From NCBI RefSeq assembly GCF_032444005.1, contig NC_091283.1:274350001-274414000 (forward strand): a DNA stretch of 64,000 bases, written 5' to 3'. A program made the position numbers and the translations under genes. The first letter of the stretch is position 1. Each line of letters begins with the position of its first letter. The notes under the pieces were generated by a model, which was not told the DNA's origin, ran no database searches, and saw nothing but the letters and a program-made list of their open reading frames with translations. The stretch comes from Ranitomeya imitator. Its lineage: Eukaryota. Below are positions 1 through 12,019 of the stretch, piece by piece.

Positions 1-612
1 ATGATGACTGCAAGTTCTTCATAAGTTTCTGGGTGTTAATGGCCTGTATGTTTCTATAAGTGTGGAAAGTGGGGGTGACCTGAGCGGGATGGCAGTTCTT
101 GATAGAGAATGAAATAAGGTTGTGGTCAGAGAGCGGGAGAGAGGAATTTGTGAAATCATCCACTGAGCAAAGCCGGGAGAAGACTAAGTCGAGGGAGTTT
201 CGATCTTCATGCGTTGGAGAGTTAGTATGCTGCGAGAGGCCGAAAGAGGAGGTTAGAGATAAAAGGTGAGAAGCAGATGGGGAGAGGGGAGAAGCAATGG
301 GGATGTTGAAATCACCCATGATGAGGGTGGGGGTGTCACAGGAGAGAAAGTATGGAAGCCAGGTGGCAAAGTGATCCAGGAACTGATGAGAGGGGCCGGG
401 AGGACGATACACCACCGCCACTCGCATGGAGAAGGAGACGTAGAGTCTGACAGCATGGACCTCAAAGGAAGGAAAGACAAGTGAGGGCACTTGGGGGATA
501 ACTTGGAAGGTACATTTGGGTGAAAGGAGCAGACCAACGCCTCCACCTGCTCTGTTGTCTGTTCTTGTGGTATGAGAAAAGTGTAGTCCACCATATGAAG
601 GAATGTAGTCCA
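1..612 (-). mobile_element. L2-clade LINE ORF2 fragment, APE endonuclease domain (continues off the left edge)
   Basis: Manual minus-strand translation, absent from the ORF track because it has no ATG: ...RAGGGVGLLLSPK...SFEVHAVRL...RVAVVYRPP...FLDHF...TLIMGDFNI...PTHEDRNSLDLVF...LSDHNLISF. These are the GGGV, VYRPP, GDFN, PTH-LDL and SDH motifs of APE endonucleases. No stop seen over ~200 codons. Confidence 0.85.
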
Positions 613-613
613 C

Positions 614-3066
614 CGTATACCGAGACACCCCACAGGAGCCTCCTTATACCAGAAACACCCCACAGGAGCCATCGTATACTGAGAACACCCCACAGGAGAC
701 TCCGTATACCAGGAACACCCCACAGGAGCCACATTATACCGGGAACACCCCACAGGAGCCTCCGTATACCAGGAACACCCCAAAGGAGCCACAGTATACC
801 AGGAACACCCCACAGGAGCCTCCGTATACCAGAAACACCCCACAGGAGCCTCCGTATACCAGAAACACCTCACAGGAGCACCGTATACCAGGAACACCCC
901 ACAGGAGCACTGTATACCAGGAACACCCCACAGGAGCACTGTATCACTGTATACCAGGAACACCCCACAGGAGCACCGTATACCTTGAACACCCCACAGG
1001 AGCACCGTATACCGGGAACACCCCACAGGAGCCTCGTATACCGGGAACACCCCACAGGAGCCTCCTTATACCAGAAACACCCCACAGGAGCCATTGTATA
1101 CTGAGAACACCCCACAGGAGCCTCCGTATACTGGGTATACCTCACAGGAGCCATCGTATACTGAGAACACCCCACAGGAGCCTCCGTATACCAGGAACAC
1201 CCCAAAGGAGCCACAGTATACCGGGAACACCCCACAGGAGCCTCCGTATACCGGAAACACCCTACAGGAGCCTCCATATACCGGGAACATCACACAAGAG
1301 CACCGTATACCGGGAACACCCCACAGGAGCACTGTATACCAGGAACACCCCACAGGAGCACCATATACCGTGAACACCCCACAGGAGCACCGTATACCGG
1401 GAACACCCCACAGGAGCCTCTGTATACCGGGAACACCCCCACAGGAGCCTCCGTATACCGGGTATACCTCACATGAGCCATCATATACTGAGAACACCCC
1501 ACAGGAGCCTCCGTATACCAGAACACCCCAAAGGAGCCACAGTATACCGGGAACACCCCACAGGAGCCTCCGTATACCGGAAACACCCCACAGGAGCCTC
1601 CGTATACCAGAAACACCCCACAGGAGCCTCCATATACCGGGAACACTCCACAGGAGCACTGTATACCAGGAACACCCCACAGGAGCACTGTATACCAGAA
1701 CACCCCACAGGAGCCTCCGTATACCGGGAACACCCCCACAGGAGCTTCCGTATACCGGGTATACCCCACAGGAGCCATCGTATACCGAGAACACCCCACA
1801 GGAGCACCGTATACCGGGAACACCCCACAGGAGCCTCGTATACCGGGAACACCCCACAGGAGCCTCCTTATACCAGAAACACCCCACAGGAGCCATTGTA
1901 TACTGAGAACACCCCACAGGAGCCTCCGTATACTGGGTATACCTCACAGGAGCCATCGTATACTGAGAACACCCCACAGGAGCCTCCGTATACCAGGAAC
2001 ACCCCAAAGGAGCCACAGTATACCGGGAACACCCCACAGGAGCCTCCGTATACCGGAAACACCCTACAGGAGCCTCCATATACCGGGAACATCACACAAG
2101 AGCACCGTATACCGGGAACACCCCACAGGAGCACTGTATACCAGGAACACCCCACAGGAGCACCATATACCGTGAACACCCCACAGGAGCACCGTATACC
2201 GGGAACACCCCACAGGAGCCTCTGTATACCGGGAACACCCCCACAGGAGCCTCCGTATACCGGGTATACCTCACATGAGCCATCATATACTGAGAACACC
2301 CCACAGGAGCCTCCGTATACCAGAACACCCCAAAGGAGCCACAGTATACCGGGAACACCCCACAGGAGCCTCCGTATACCGGAAACACCCCACAGGAGCC
2401 TCCGTATACCAGAAACACCCCACAGGAGCCTCCATATACCGGGAACACTCCACAGGAGCACTGTATACCAGGAACACCCCACAGGAGCACTGTATACCAG
2501 AACACCCCACAGGAGCCTCCGTATACCGGGAACACCCCCACAGGAGCTTCCGTATACCGGGTATACCCCACAGGAGCCATCGTATACCGAGAACACCCCA
2601 CAGGAGCCTCCGTATACCGGGTATACCCCACAGGAGCCATCGTATACCGAGAACACCCCACAGGAGCCTCCGTATACCGGGTATACCCCACAGGAGCACC
2701 GTATACCAGGAACACCCCACAGGAGCACCGTATACCAGGAACACCCCACAGGAGCACCGTATACCAGGAACACCCCACAGGAGCCTCCGTATACCGGGCA
2801 CATTCCACAGGAGCAACGTATACCGGGAACACCCCACAGGAGCACCGTATACTGGGAACACCCCACAGGAGCACCGTATACCAGGAACACCCCACAGGAG
2901 CACCGTATACCAGGAACACCCCACAGGAGCACCGTATACCAGGAACACCCCACAGGAGCACCGTATACCAGGAACACCCCACAGGAGCACCATATACCGG
3001 GAACGCCGAAAAGGAGCACCGTATACCGGGAACACCCCACAGGAGCACCGTATACCTGGAACACCC
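614..3066. repeat. 29-bp minisatellite array 1 (ccgtataccgggaacaccccacaggagca)
   Basis: Direct tandem units with variants; an internal ~802-bp block duplication (ccattgtata at 1091 and 1893). Confidence 0.95.
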
Positions 3067-3752
3067 GACGGGTATAATTTTACCTCTATACAAGTCACTG
3101 GTTCGACTACACTTAGAATACTGTGCACAGTTCTGGTCTCCGGTGTATAAGAAAGACATAGCTGAACTAGAGCGGGTGCAGAGAAGAGCGACCAAGGTTA
3201 TTAGAGGACTGAGGGTCTGCAATACCAAGATAGGTTATTACACTTGGGGCTATTTAGTTTGGAAAAACGAAGACTAAGGGGTGACCTTATTTTAATGTAG
3301 AAATATATGAGGGGACAGTACAAAGACCTTTCTGATGATCTTTTTAATCATAGACCTGAGACAGGGACAAGGGGGCATCCTCTACATCTGGAGGAAAGAA
3401 GGTTTAAGCATAACAGACGCGGATTCTTTACTGTAAGAGCAGTGAGACTATGGAACTCTCTGCCGTATGATATTGTAATGAGTGATTCATTACTTAAATT
3501 TAAAAGGGGACTGGATGCCTTTCTTGAAAAGTATAATGTTACAGGGTATATATACTAGATTCCTTGATAGGGCGTTGATCCAGGGAACTAGTCCACGTAT
3601 GTGGAGTCGGGAAGGATTTTTTTTCCCCAATGTGGAGCTTACTATATGCCACATGGTTTTTTTTTTGCCTTCCTCTGGATCAACATGTTAGGGCATGTTA
3701 GGTTAGGCTATGGGTTGAACTAGATGGACTTAAAGTCTTCCTTCAACCTTAA
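3067..3752 (+). mobile_element. CR1 LINE, 5'-truncated 3' fragment (ORF2 C-terminus plus 3'UTR); its tail resumes at 11996-12023
   Basis: Translates [45 protein letters not shown]...HPLHLEERRF...FFTVRAVRLWNSLP, typical of CR1, with frameshifts/stops. The 3'UTR ends gtcttccttcaaccttaa. Confidence 0.9.
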
Positions 3753-4212
3753 GGCCGGCGTCACACTTGCGAGTTTTACGGACGTAAGAGCGCAGAAACT
3801 ACGTCCGTAAAACTCGCAAAAAATACGGCACAATTATTCTCTATGCCCCTGCTCCTATCTGCCGTATTAAACTGATCAGTATTATACGGCTTTCTACGGC
3901 CGTAGAAAATCGCAGCATGCTGCGTTTGTCACCGTATTGCGCAAATAAAACGTCAATGAAAGTCTATGGAAGCCCCAAAAATACGGATCACACACGGACC
4001 AGCAGTGTGACTTGCGAGGAATACGCAGGGGTGTTAGCGAAAAAAGCCGGTAATTCATTGCGGTGTACAGTAAAATCACACTGACAGCTTCCAGTAGAAT
4101 AGGTATAAATAAATGTGTACACATAGAATAGGTATATATATCTATATATATATATATATATATATCTATATATATATATCTATATCTATCTATCTATATA
4201 TATATATATATA

Positions 4213-4642
4213 TCTATATATATAATTGTCTAAGGGTTTTTCCGTCTGTCTGTCTTTCAGTCTGTCTGTCCTGGAAATCCTGCCTCTCTGATTGGTCGAG
4301 GCCGCAAGGCCTCGCCCAATCAGCGACGGGCACAGCATCGGCGTAGAAATCCCGCGTCTCTCATTGGTCGAGGCCGCCAGGCCTCGACCAATCAGAGACG
4401 GGCACAGCGACGATGATGTCATAATGGACGTAGACATCCCGCGTCTGATTGGTCGAGGCCGCCAGGCCTCGACCAATCAGCAACGGGCACAGTATCGACG
4501 TAGATGTCATAATGGTTGCCATGGCGACGATGTCATAAAGGTTGCCTCGACCAATCAGCGACGGGCACAGTCTGCCGCGAATTCTGGAATCATCATTGTC
4601 CATATACTACGGGGACATGCATATTCTAGAATACCCGATGCG
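4213..4642 (+). mobile_element. Non-autonomous Helitron, 3' end cut by the assembly gap
   Basis: Shares its 5' end (A|TCTATA..aattgtctaaggg..tccgtctgtctgtc) and sub-terminal catgcatattctagaatacccgatgcg with the complete copy at 33635-34761. Confidence 0.7.
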
Positions 4643-4799
4643 NNNNNNNNNNNNNNNNNNNNNNNNNNNNNNNNNNNNNNNNNNNNNNNNNNNNNNNNNN
4701 NNNNNNNNNNNNNNNNNNNNNNNNNNNNNNNNNNNNNNNNNNNNNNNNNNNNNNNNNNNNNNNNNNNNNNNNNNNNNNNNNNNNNNNNNNNNNNNNNNN
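4643..4799. other. Assembly gap (N run)
   Basis: N bases. Other gaps: 20482-20667, 44155-44307, 45614-45745, 46507-46634. Confidence 1.
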
Positions 4800-6455
4800 C
4801 CGAGATTTTCAGCCCATTTTTTTGGGCTGAAAGTCCCCCTCTCGGCTTATACTCGAGTCATATACCCGGGTGTCAGCAGGGGAGGGGGAGCGGGGGCTGT
4901 GTAATCATACTTACCTGCTCCCAGCGCGGTCCCTGCAGTCCCTGGCTTCTCCGGTGCTGCAGATTCTTCCTGCACTGAGCGGTCACATGGCACCGCTCAT
5001 TACAGAAATGAATAGGCAGCTCCACCCCCATAGGGGAGGAGCCGCATATTCATTGCTGTAAATGATCGGTGCCATGTGACCGCTCAATTACAGGAAGAAG
5101 CTGCAGCGCCGGAGAAGCCAGGGACTGCAGGGACCGCGCCGCAGCAGGTAAGGGGAGCGCAGCGCTATAATTACCTGCTCCTCGCTCCGGCTCCGTCTGC
5201 AGCGTCCTCTAGCAATGACGCTCAGGTTAGAGGGCGCTGTGACGTAGTCAGTGCGCGCCCTCTGCTGAGCGTCAGTGCTGGAGACGGAGCCGCAGAGGAG
5301 CAGGTAATTATTGAAAGCGCCGGCGTCCTGAGAAGAGAGGTGAGTATGGGATTTTTTTTTTTTTTTTATGGCAGCACCAGCAGCATTCTAAGGAGCACCT
5401 ATGGGGCCATAAAGGTGCAGAGCATATAAGGGGCACAGCATTATAAGGAGCATCTATGGGGCCATAAAGGTGCAGAGCATATAAGGGGCACAGCATTATA
5501 AGGAGCACCTATGGGGCCATAAAGGTGCAGAGCATATATGGGGCACAGCATTATAAGGAGCACCTATGGGACCATAAAGGTGCAGAGCATATATGGGGCA
5601 CAGCATTATAAGGAGCACCTATGGGGCCATAAAGGTGCAGAGCATATATGGGGCACAGCATTATAAGGAGCACCTATGGGGCCATAAAGGTGCAGAGCAT
5701 ATAAGGGGCACAGCATTATAAGGAGCACCTATGGGGCCATAAAGGTGCAGAGCATATATGGGGCACAGCATTATAAGGAGCACCTATGGGGCCATAAAGG
5801 TGCAGAGCATATATGGGGCACAGCATTATAAGGAGCACCTATGGGGCCATAAAGGTGCAGAGCATATATGGGGCACAGCATTATAAGGAGCACCTATGGG
5901 GCCATAAAGGTGCAGAGCATATATGGGGCACAGCATTATAAGGAGCACCTATGGGGCCATAAAGGTGCAGAGCATATATGGGGCACAGCATTATAAGGAG
6001 CACCTATGGGGCCATAAAGGTGCAGAGCATAAATGGGGCACAGCATTATAAGGAGCACCTATGGGGCCATAAAGGTGCAGAGCATATATGGGGCACAGCA
6101 TTATAAGGAGCACCTATGGGGCCATAATCAAAGGTGCAGAGCATATATGGCACAGCATTATAAGGGGCATCTATGGGGCCATAATCAAAGGTGCAGAGCA
6201 TATATGGCACAGCATTATAAGGGGCATCTATGGGGCCATAATCAACGGTGCAGAGCATTCTATATAGCACAGTTGTATATGGAGCATCTATGGGGCAATA
6301 ATGAACGGTATGGAGCATCTATTTTTATTTTTGAAATTCACCGCTGCATTTTCTACCCTAGGCTTATACTCGAGTCAGTAAGTTTTCCCAGTTTTTTGTG
6401 GCAAAATTAGGGGGTCGGCTTATACTCGGGTCGGCTTATACTCGAGTATATACGG
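4800..6455. mobile_element. Tc1/mariner-superfamily (Tc2-like) non-autonomous element; left end lost in the gap
   Basis: Right terminus cggcttatactcgagtatatacgg followed by TA. Sub-terminal ggcttatactcgag motifs at ~4844 and ~6361. Confidence 0.6.
5390..6320. repeat. 55-bp tandem repeat inside the Tc2-like element
   Basis: Unit gggcacagcattataaggagcacctatggggccataaaggtgcagagcatatatg recurs at 5761, 5816, 5871 and onward. Confidence 0.95.
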
Positions 6456-7433
6456 TATATATATATATGTCAGTGAGACACATATATGTATATATATTAA
6501 TATTTCTTCCAGCGCTAGACAGCTTTAAAGCCGGTAATTCAATTACGCCTCACCACAAATGCAGGTAAATATAGGTCAATGACCTACTTTACCTTCATTC
6601 GCTGGGATTTTGCAGGCCGACGTAGCGCTGCATTAGCAGAACTCCTGCCTGCAAAATATTTTAACCCCTTCAGATGGATTTACATCGTTGGACTTTACAG
6701 ATCTGCGGAAGGTATGTATATTGTTGGTTTATTATCTTTTTTTTTTTTTTCCAGAACGAGGGTCTTCAGTGATTGGATTGGGCGTTAAATAAAATAATAC
6801 AACAACCTTTGTTTTTATTTAATTAAAATAATTTTTAATAATGTGTTTGTGTTTTTTTTAACCCTTTACTAGTATTGGATTAATAATGGATAGGTGTCAT
6901 AATTGACGCCTCTCCATTATTAATTAGGCTTAATGTCACCTTACAATAGCAAGGTGGCATTAACCCTTCATTACCCCATATCCCACCGCTACACGGGAAT
7001 GGGAAGAGAGTGGCCAAGTGCCAGAATAGGCGCATCTTCCAGATGTGCCTTTTCTGGGGTGGCTGGGGGCAGATGTTTTTAGCCAGGGGGGGGGCCCAAT
7101 AACCATGGACCCTCTCCAGGCTATTAATATCTGCCCTCAGTCACTGGCTTTACTACTCTGGCGGAGATAATTGTGCGGGAGCCCAAGCCAATTTTTTCCG
7201 CCATTTAACCCCTTAATTTACTAGGTAGAACGGCCAAATTTTGCATAGACACACTACTGACATTAGTAGTGTGTAATATGCAAAAAAAAAGGTGATATGA
7301 GATGGTTTATTGTATGTAAACCATGTCTCATATCATGTCGGGTTTAGGAAGGAGAAAGCAAAAGCTGGTAACTGAATTACCGGCTTTCGGCTATATCGCG
7401 CTGTATGAAATATTAATATATATGTGTCTACTG

Positions 7434-7522
<89 letters not shown>

Positions 7523-7525
<3 letters not shown>

Positions 7526-9128
7526 TGGGGCAAAAAAGTATTTAGTCAGTCAGCAATAGTGCAAGTTCCACCACTTAAAAAGATGAGAGGCGTCTGTAAT
7601 TTACATCATAGGTAGACCTCAACTATGGGAGACAAACTGAGAAAAAAAAATCCAGAAAATCACATTGTCTGTTTTTTTAACATTTTATTTGCATATTATG
7701 GTGGAAAATAAGTATTTGGTCAGAAACAAAATTTCATCTCAATACTTTGTAATATATCCTTTGTTGGCAATGACAGAGGTCAAACGTTTTCTGTAAGTCT
7801 TCACAAGGTTGCCACACACTGTTGTTGGTATGTTGGCCCATTCCTCCATGCAGATCTCCTCTAGAGCAGTGATGTTTTTGGCTTTTTGCTTGGCAACACG
7901 GACTTTCAACTCCCTCCAAAGGTTTTCTATAGGGTTGAGATCTGGAGACTGGCTAGGCCACTCCAGGACCTTGAAATGCTTCTTACGAAGCCACTCCTTC
8001 GTTGCCCTGGCGGTGTGCTTTGGATCATTGTCATGTTGAAAGACCCAGCCACGTTTCATCTTCAATGCCCTTGCTGATGGAAGGAGGTTTGCACTCAAAA
8101 TCTCACGATACATGGCCCCATTCATTCTTTCATGTACCCGGATCAGTCGTCCTGGCCCCTTTGCAGAGAAACAGCCCCAAAGCATGATGTTTCCACCACC
8201 ATGCTTTACAGTAGGTATGGTGTTTGATGGATGCAACTCAGTATTCTTTTTCCTCCAAACACGACAAGTTGTGTTTCTACCAAACAGTTCCAGTTTGGTT
8301 TCATCAGACCATAGGACATTCTCCCAAAACTCCTCTGGATCATCCAAATGCTCTCTAGCAAACTTCAGACGGGCCCGGAAATGTACTGGCTTAAGCAGTG
8401 GGACACGTCTGGCACTGCAGGATCTGAGTCCATGGTGGCGTAGTGTGTTACTTATGGTAGGCCTTGTTACATTGGTCCCAGCTCTCTGCAGTTCATTCAC
8501 TAGGTCCCCCCGCGTGGTTCTGGGATTTTTGCTCACCGTTCTTGTGATCATTCTGACCCCACAGGGTGGGATTTTGCGTGGAGCCCCAGATCGGGGGAGA
8601 TTATCAGTGGTCTTGCATGTCTTCCATTTTCTAATTATTGCTCCCGCTGTTGATTTCTTCACTCTAAGCTGGTTGGCTATTGCAGATTCAGTCTTCCCAG
8701 CCTGGTGCAGGGCTACAATTTTGTTTCTGGCGTCCTTTGACAGCTCTTTGGTCTTCACCATAGTGGAGTTTGGAGTCAGACTGTTTGAGGGTGTGCACAG
8801 GTGTCTTTTTATACTGATAACAAGTTTAAACAGGTGCCATTACTACAGGTAATGAGTGGAGGAAAGAGGAGACTCTTAAAGAAGAAGTTACAGGTCTGTG
8901 AGAGCCAGAAATCTTGATTGTTTGTTTCTGACCAAATACTTATTTTCCACCATAATATGCAAAAAAAATGATAAAAAAACAGACAATGTGATTGTCTGGA
9001 TTTTTTTTTCTCAGTTTGTCTCCCATAGTTGAGGTCTACCTATGATGTAAATTACAGACACCTCTCATCTTTTTAAGTGGTGGAACTTGCACTATTGCTG
9101 ACTGACTAAATACTTTTTTGCCCCACTG
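7523..9128 (-). mobile_element. Full-length Tc1 transposon, family A copy 1 (1606 bp)
   Basis: ~200-bp TIRs starting cagtggggcaaaaaagtatt; TA on both flanks; intact transposase ORF. Confidence 0.97.
7739..8761 (-). CDS. Tc1 transposase, 340 aa, DD34E
   Basis: Paired-like HTH N-terminus, GAPRK linker, WSDETK / HDNDPKH / [11 protein letters not shown]; 34 residues counted between the second D and E. Confidence 0.95.
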   Translation of the reverse strand: MVKTKELSKDARNKIVALHQAGKTESAIANQLRVKKSTAGAIIRKWKTCKTTDNLPRSGAPRKIPPCGVRMITRTVSKNPRTTRGDLVNELQRAGTNVTRPTISNTLRHHGLRSCSARRVPLLKPVHFRARLKFAREHLDDPEEFWENVLWSDETKLELFGRNTTCRVWRKKNTELHPSNTIPTVKHGGGNIMLWGCFSAKGPGRLIRVHERMNGAMYREILSANLLPSARALKMKRGWVFQHDNDPKHTARATKEWLRKKHFKVLEWPSQSPDLNPIENLWRELKVRVAKQKAKNITALEEICMEEWANIPTTVCGNLVKTYRKRLTSVIANKGYITKY

Positions 9129-9267
9129 TATATATATATATATATATACACATACACACACACAGTTAAGGCCAGAAATATTTGGACAGTGACACAATTT
9201 TCGCGAGTTGGGCTCTGCATGCCACCACATTGGATTTGAAATGAAACCTCTACAACAGAATTCAAGT

Positions 9268-10173
9268 AAGTAACAACTTCATGGAGATAAAGAACCCAAA
9301 ATTATATATACCATATAATGAAATTAATGTCAAAGAGTTGAGTAAATATGGGTTACATTGGAACTCATATTGGGAGAAGTCGCACAATAATGAGCATAAA
9401 CACTGAGAAACAACACGATCAAAAAGCACCCAGAATACTTATATTCAAAAATATATAAATATAATTTTATTAATTAAATACAATAATACCAGGATATTTG
9501 GCCAAGAGGCCAATGAGGAGTGGAGGATTGTAAGTAACAATGTGCACGTAGGAAACGCAAGGGGGCACTACTGAGGATACAATATACAAAGGCAATGTCC
9601 ATAAAGTATTGGGAAAATACCCATTACCAGCAAATACAATCATAGACACATATATATAACGTGTACCCATCCCACTTAATCCGCCATAAAATGAATATCA
9701 TAGTCACTATATCAAACTAATAATAAATAATGGCAGAGTAGAATGCAACAGACACTATACCTGAGTAAAGCTGGAAAGGAGCGTATCCGCCGAGTGCACC
9801 CACCCCGACGCGCGTTTCGGCGCATTCTACTCTGCCATTATTTATTATTAGTTTGATATAGTGACTATGATATTCATTTTATGGCGGATTAAGTGGGATG
9901 GGTACACGTTATATATATGTGTCTATGATTGTATTTGCTGGTAATGGGTATTTTCCCAATACTTTATGGACATTGCCTTTGTATATTGTATCCTCAGTAG
10001 TGCCCCCTTGCGTTTCCTACGTGCACATTGTTACTTACAATCCTCCACTCCTCATTGGCCTCTTGGCCAAATATCCTGGTATTATTGTATTTAATTAATA
10101 AAATTATATTTATATATTTCTGAATATAAGTATTCTGGGTGCTTTTTGATCGTGTTGTTTCTCAGTGTTTATG
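9268..10173. mobile_element. Inverted-repeat insertion, probably Penelope-like (PLE)
   Basis: 14-bp direct repeat aacagaattcaagt at 9254-67 and 10174-87. Arms 9395-9746 and 9822-10173 are reverse complements (1 mismatch seen). The spacer contains gacgcgcgtttcgg. Confidence 0.6.
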
Positions 10174-10337
10174 AACAGAATTCAAGTGCAGATTGTAACG
10201 TTTAATTTGAAGGGTTGAACAAAAATATCTGATAGAAAATGTAGGAATTGTACACATTTCTTTACAAACACTCCACATTTTAGGAGGTCAAAAGTAATTG
10301 GACAAATAAACATAACCCAAACAAAATATTTTTATTT

Positions 10338-11375
10338 TCAATATTTTGTTGCAAATCCTTTGGAGGCAATCACTGCCTTAAGTCTGGAACCCATGGACAT
10401 CACCAAACGCTGGGTTTCCTCCTTCTTAATGCTTTGCCAGGCCTTTACAGCCGCAGCCTTCAGGTCTTGCTTGTTTGTGGGTCTTTCCGTCTTAAGTCTG
10501 GATTTGAGCAAGTGAAATACATGCTCAATTGGGTTTAGATCTGGAGATTGACTTGGCCATTGCAGAATGTTCCACTTTTTGGCACTCATGAACTCCTGGG
10601 TAGCTTTGGCTGTATGCTTGGGGTCATTGTCCATCTGTACTATGAAGCGCCGTCCAATCAACTTTGCAGCATTTGGCTGAATCTGGGCTGAAAGTATATC
10701 CCGGTACACTTCAGAATTCATCCGGCTACTCTTGTCTGCTCTTATGTCATCAATAAACACAAGTGACCCAGTGCCATTGAAAGCCATGCATGCCCATGCC
10801 ATCACGTTGCCTCCACCATGTTTTACAGAGGATGTGGTGTGCCTTGGATCATGTGCCGTTCCCTTTCTTCTCCAAACTTTTTTCTTCCCATCATTCTGGT
10901 ACAGGTTGATCTTTGTCTCATCTGTCCATAGAATACTTTTCCAGAACTGAGCTGGCTTCTTGAGGTGTTTTTCTGCAAATTTAACTCTGGCCTGTCTATT
11001 TTTGGTATTGATGAATGGTTTGCATCTAGATGTGAACCCTTTGTATTTACTGTCATGGAGTCTTCTCTTTACTGTTGACTTAGAGACAGATACACCTACT
11101 TCACTGAGAGTGTTCTGGACTTCAGTTGATGTTGTGAACGGGTTCTTCTTCACCAAATTAAGTATGCGGCGATCATCCACCACTGTTGTCATCCGTGGAC
11201 GCCCAGGCCTTTTTGAGTTCCCAAGCTCACCAGTCAATTCCTTTTTTCTCAGAATGTACCCAACTGTTGATTTTGCTACTCCAAGCATGTCTGCTATCTC
11301 TCTGATGGATTTTTTCTTTTTTTTCAGCCTCGGGATGTTCTGCTTCACCTCAATTGAGAGTTCCTTTGACCGCAT
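10338..11375 (-). CDS. Tc1 transposase, 345 aa, DD34E
   Basis: GRPR linker, WTDETK / MDNDPKH / [11 protein letters not shown]; 34-residue spacing counted. Confidence 0.95.
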   Translation of the reverse strand: MRSKELSIEVKQNIPRLKKKKKSIREIADMLGVAKSTVGYILRKKELTGELGNSKRPGRPRMTTVVDDRRILNLVKKNPFTTSTEVQNTLSEVGVSVSKSTVKRRLHDSKYKGFTSRCKPFINTKNRQARVKFAEKHLKKPAQFWKSILWTDETKINLYQNDGKKKVWRRKGTAHDPRHTTSSVKHGGGNVMAWACMAFNGTGSLVFIDDIRADKSSRMNSEVYRDILSAQIQPNAAKLIGRRFIVQMDNDPKHTAKATQEFMSAKKWNILQWPSQSPDLNPIEHVFHLLKSRLKTERPTNKQDLKAAAVKAWQSIKKEETQRLVMSMGSRLKAVIASKGFATKY

Positions 11376-12019
11376 GTTGTCTGCTCACAGCAACAGCTTC
11401 CAAATGCAAAACCACACACCTGGAATCCACCCCTGACTTTTTAACTACTTCATTGATTACAGGTTAACGAGGGAGACGCCTTCAGAGTTAATTGCAGCCC
11501 TTAGAGTCCATTGTCCAATTACTTTTGGTCCCTTGAAAAAGAGGACGCTATGCATTACAGAGCTATGATTCCTAAACCCTTTCTCCGATTTGGATGTGGA
11601 AACTATCATATTGCAGCTGGGAGTGTGCACTTTCAGCCCATATTATATATATAATTGTATTTCTGAACACGTTTTTGTAAACAGCTAAAATAACAAAACT
11701 TGTGTCACTGTCCAAATATTTCTGGCCCTAACTGTATATAGACAGTATATATGTTGTTGTTTTTTTTTTTTTTAAACATGGATCCCTTGTCTAGCCGTAT
11801 GTCGGTTTTGCAAGCCTGCGATAAAAACACGCATTACGGCTGCCATACAGATTACATACGGAGGATGCCATGCGCAAAAAACGGTGACACACCCTGCCTA
11901 CGGAGGAGCTACGGACCACTATTTTCGGGACTTTTCAGCGTATTACGGCCGTAATATACAGACCGTATTTTCATACGCTGTGTGTGACGCCGGCCTAATA
12001 ACTATGTTACTTTGTAACT

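Larger units (their letters stand above)
9163..11734 (-). mobile_element. Tc1 transposon, family B, interrupted at 9268-10173
   Basis: TIR cagttaaggccagaaatatttggacagtgacacaa versus ttgtgtcactgtccaaatatttctggccctaactg (1 mismatch); TA at the right flank. Confidence 0.93.
3753..11995. mobile_element. PIF/Harbinger-type non-autonomous element carrying nested insertions
   Basis: Perfect 14-bp TIR: ggccggcgtcacac (3753-3766) and gtgtgacgccggcc (11982-11995). TAA flanks both ends (3750-52, 11996-98), the Harbinger-type 3-bp TSD. An N-gap lies inside the span. Confidence 0.75.
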
